DNA from: the human T2T-CHM13v2.0 reference genome, Homo sapiens
NCBI RefSeq assembly: GCF_009914755.1
Contig: NC_060926.1
Direction: 5' to 3' (one strand)
Length of the DNA stretch: 64,000 bases
The position numbers and the translations under genes were made by a program. Numbering within the stretch: the first letter of the stretch is position 1; the number at the start of each line of letters is the position of its first letter. Positions 57,071 to 64,000 of this stretch are shown here, piece after piece. The notes under the pieces are model-generated. The model made no database searches, had not been told where the DNA came from, and saw nothing but the letters and a program-made list of their open reading frames with translations.

Positions 57071-57364
57071 ACGGCCCCCGAGAACTGAGTACCTGCCGCG
57101 TACTCAGCCCTGCAGGGATCATTGAGACAAATGATTCTGCTACCATGCAGCACAAAACCTAGTTGGAAAGACGAGGCTAACTTGGATGAAACACTGCAGA
57201 GCAATGTACACTAGTGACAAAGGGTGTGGGCCAGTGGCTGGTGCTACAGGAGTTCACAGGAAGGTTCAGAGGAGGATTCGAAGAGGATATGGCACTTGTC
57301 CTGAGTCTTTACGGCAGCTAGAATTTCCCTAGGGGAAGAGAACAGGAGGGATGGCCCAAAGAGA

Positions 57365-58220
57365 GGATGTGCTTGGTGCCTCTCCTCTCCCCAGCTTGCC
57401 TGTCTCTATGGATAGCATCATCCTTCACACAGGTGCCCAAGACAAAGGGGCTTCATCCCTATGCCCACCCACCATCACTAAATACTCCCTGACGTTGACT
57501 CCTTTCTTATACAATGAATCACGTGTCTTCAGACCCTCCTCCCGTAACTCCGAGGGTACCATTTCCCTGCTCTCCACCCCCACACCCACCTCCCCAGTCC
57601 AGGCCACCATGGTTGCTCTCCTGGACCACCACAGTAACCCCTTACATGGTTACCCTGCCTTTAGCCTTGCTCCTCCAAGTCCTTTCTCCCCACAAAGCAG
57701 AGTGATCCATTCAAAAACGAGCATCTGATCATGCCTCTCTCTACTTAAAACTCTTCAGCATCTCTGCATTTTCTACAGAATAAAATCCAAACCTAGTCTG
57801 GTTTCAGCATGCTGTGCTCTGGCCCCTGCTGTCTCTCTGTCTTCATCTATTGCTACTTGTCATCTTGTAGTCGACTAAACAGTTTTCAGAAATGCCCTCG
57901 TCTCTCCCACCTCCAGGCCTTTGCACATACTATCCCCTCTGCCTAGAACTAGTTCCCTTTTTCTTTAGCTAATTTCTACTTGATTCAGATCACAGTTCTT
58001 AGATCTTCCAGGAGAAAACCTCCTCTGGCTTCTGCAGACCTGTTTAGAGTTCCCCTAACAGCACTCTGTTCTTCCTCTCTCAAAGCACTTATTGTAAGTG
58101 CTAGTGAAAAATTTGCTATTTTCCCAGCTAGATGTTAAGCTTTAAGAGGCTAGGTCTAACTCACATGCCCAGAAATTCCCAAAGTACTGAAGTACACGTG
58201 ATAGGGTCTCAAATATTTTA
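57365..58220 (+). mobile_element. L2 LINE fragment
   Basis: 'ccaggccaccatggttgctctcctggac', 'tctgatcatgcctctctctacttaaaactcttca', 'ggcctttgcacatactatcccctctgcctagaac'. Confidence 0.85.
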
Positions 58221-58381
58221 AGTTTGCTAGGTCTGTCCTATATCCTGAAAATACACCAAGTACAAGGCAGGCCAGCCCTCACAGGGCTCACACTCTAAAG
58301 ATAATAAACCAGTGAATCAATGCAGTTAGAGTTATGAAGAGGACCACAGAGGAAAGAAACAGAGGGCTGTCATAGAGCATT

Positions 58382-58800
58382 AATATTGTTTGGATGTCTT
58401 TCCCTTCCAAATCTCATGTTGAAATGTGATTCCTAATGTTGGAAGTGGGGCCTGGTGAGAGGTGATTGGATCTTGGGGGCGGATCCCTTATTAATGGCTT
58501 AGCACCATCCCCTTGGTGATAAGTGAGTTCTCACTCTGGTAATTCATATGAGAGCTGGTTGTTTAAAAGGGTGTGGCACCTCCCCCATCTCTTGCTTCCT
58601 CACTCACCATGTGACATGATTGCTCCTGCTTCGCCTTCCACCTTGAGTAAAAGCTTCCCGAAGCCTCACCAGAAGCCAAGCAGATTCTGGTGCCAAGCTT
58701 CCTGTACAGCCTGCAGGACCAATAAAACCAATACAACCTTCTTTCTTTATAAATTATCCAGTCTCAGTATTGCTTTATAGCAATGCATTGGACTAACACA
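58382..58800 (+). mobile_element. MSTA/B MaLR LTR inside an L2 fragment
   Basis: 'gtttggatgtctttcccttccaaatctcatgttgaaatgtgat...ataaattatccagtctcag'. Confidence 0.88.
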
Positions 58801-59473
58801 AGCATATTGGGGGAGGTAGAGAGAGAACGCCTACTTTAGACATACAGTGGTCAGGGAAGGCTTCTCTGAGAAGCTGACATTGAACAGGAAGCTGAAGAAT
58901 GAAAACCAGCCAGTCACGCAAAGGCCAGGGAAGTGAAGGCTCTAGGCAGGAAAAAGCCTACCATATTCTAGGGATGTCAGAAGGTTAATGTGGTTGAGCA
59001 AAGAGGAGAAATAACATAGTCTTCATTCTATCAAGCCCACATTGCCAGAAGCTTATACCACAGTGTCTTTATCGGCTGTGGTCTGAAGTCACTCTAGTGC
59101 AGTGGTTTGTTCCATCCAGTGGGAAGGGCACATGGTAACAGAGAAGCCCCCACACGGCATTGCCTTTTCTACAAAACATTTCAAAGCCCTAAGGCCCTGC
59201 CTTCCAAATCCAAATTCCAACATAGTGAGGTGAGCCTATTCTTATTAAAAATGTTCCATGTGCTAAAACTCATTAACAACCGGAAGAAGAATGAGAATGA
59301 GATTATTATCAGTCCCTTCTTGCCTGGATGGAAAAAGGGTACGATGAGAAAACAGGACTTCTACTGTCTTTCCAACCATCAAACCAAGATGTATCTCTTT
59401 GAGAACATGGGCTCTGCAGGTGTCCCTGGGATGAGTCATGCCCTTTCCAAAGATTAAGCACTGAGGCCACCCT

Positions 59474-59490
59474 TGACGTCATGGCAACCG
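59474..59490. promoter_or_regulatory. Perfect CRE (TGACGTCA) overlapping an RFX half-site (ATGGCAAC)
   Basis: sequence tgacgtcatggcaaccg; motif match only. Confidence 0.3.
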
Positions 59491-61243
59491 AGCCACAACC
59501 ACTTTATTCCTAGGCCAAGTTTGCACCTCTGCACACTAGACCTGCAATGTGCCTTGCAGTCTGCTCCTGGTTGGACTCCACCTTTTCCCTGCCCCAGAAC
59601 AACACCCAGGATACATTGATTGGGAGTAACTATGGATAACAGCAGGAACGCTTGAGCCAAGGACTGTTTACATGTCCTTTGAACAACCAGTTCTCCTGCT
59701 CCACCATCAGAGCCAAAACTCCCTCCCTCCATTCCCCTCTTTCTCCAGCCCTCAGAGGCGGTCCACATTCCTAGTTTAGGCAATGCATTCTTGCTGCCCT
59801 GACACATACCACGAGAGTGGGCCAGGCAGGCTCTTGAGAGAGCCAAGCTACCCACCCAACACTTGGCTTTGGCTGAGGGCATCAAGCCAGGCCATAGCAT
59901 CATAGCAGCTAAGGTCCCTTGATAAGCCACATCAGCTCAACTCTTTAAAATTGATCATGGCATTGCTGATGGAGCTGATAAGAGTTACATCAGACTATCC
60001 CTCCAAAGCCCAGATTGAATGACTACTAATTTTGATAGGCCTGGCAGTTAACACTCCCCTCACTGTGGAGGCCACTGCTAGATCCAAATCTGGAATGGGT
60101 TTCAGGGAGGGGAGGGTTGTTGATTACAGGATGAGCCATAACATAATCAGAACTTCTGGGCATGAAAAGATCTCCAAGGCAGCGTTTGGGTTCAGTTTCA
60201 TCACTACTAAGTCACCACCGATCCTAGATGATTTTTGAACCAATATCTAATGTCAATGCCTTCTATGAATAGGATTCATTTATTTATTCATCTATTTCTT
60301 TAAAAGGCATATTTAGCACCTTTGTATGTCATATACTGTGCTAGATATGCAGGATAATGAGATGAATATGACATGTTTCTTGCCTTCAAAGAGCTCTGTA
60401 AAGGGTGATGCATAGGATTATTTCTTGAGAAGACAGGGCTGAAAGACCACTATATGAACCTTCTAAAGTCACTAACTACCAAAAATGTCATGACTAGCTA
60501 AGATAAGCATCCATCTGCAGGGACTGTGATGAGGATGCTGGTGGGCATATTGCTTTTATATTCCGGTTACTTATTATAATCTTAATAACTAAATTTGTGT
60601 GCTCATGATATACCAGAAATACTTCTAAATGCTCCACATGCATTATCTAATACTAACAAACCTGCATGGTATATGTTGTCATTCTCTTATTTTCACCCTG
60701 ACTTTACAAATGCAGAAACTGAGGCTTAGATTGACTTATGCACCTTTTTCCTCAGAAAGACTTCCAGGAGCCCCAGCTGAAAATTGAGGAGCTAGTTTGA
60801 GCCTCTTGCTTTATGAAGTTTGTTCATTCATCTCTTTATCTCTTCCATCAGTGGCTACATTTCTCTGCCAAATGGTGGACACAAACCCGCAGACCCTAAA
60901 TTGTGAGGTCATTTATTCATTCAACAAATATCTATTTTTGAATTCCCATGTGATAAGAATATGATGATGAAACAAACATAGGTTCTGCCCTCAGAATACT
61001 TTCAACCTGGTAGGGTAGATAAGAAATGCATGGAAATAAGATAGAAAACAGATCACAGGTGCTGAACTTAATGGGCTGCAGGATGCCAGCCTGATTTCCA
61101 GGCTGACATTGGCCCTTTGGTGTCCCTGTCTGGAGCTCCTAAAGCTAGATCCCTGGGCTCCAGGCCCTTAGTATGACCCACACCTTAGAGTTGCACCTTC
61201 ATGCAACCCAACCTCATCCTCCAGGGCCCATGTCATCCACTTC

Positions 61244-64000
<2,757 letters not shown>

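Overview
Human-like genomic DNA: a textbook AluYa5 at 48780 indicates Homo sapiens. No intact protein-coding gene is visible. About half the window is interspersed repeats (Alu, L1, L2, MIR, CR1/L3, MaLR/ERVL LTRs, Tigger/hAT DNA transposons, microsatellites). It also holds a 5'-inverted (twin-primed) L1PA insertion at 41964-45736 and, at the right end, a decayed processed pseudogene of the non-gastric H+/K+-ATPase alpha gene ATP12A (61244 to beyond 64000). The most unusual signal is that almost every stretch of non-repeat sequence from about 0.6 kb to 60 kb is an old, degenerate fold-back palindrome of 0.2-1.3 kb with a short loop. I count more than 20, apparently unrelated to each other, with a nearly contiguous run at 49.4-56.2 kb. 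Two show signs of recent arm-to-arm copying (about 90% identity), and one appears to be interrupted by an ancient DNA transposon. This suggests a long-hairpin (dsRNA or cruciform) array locus. All alignments were made by eye and repeat subfamily names come from recalled consensus sequences, so both need computational confirmation.
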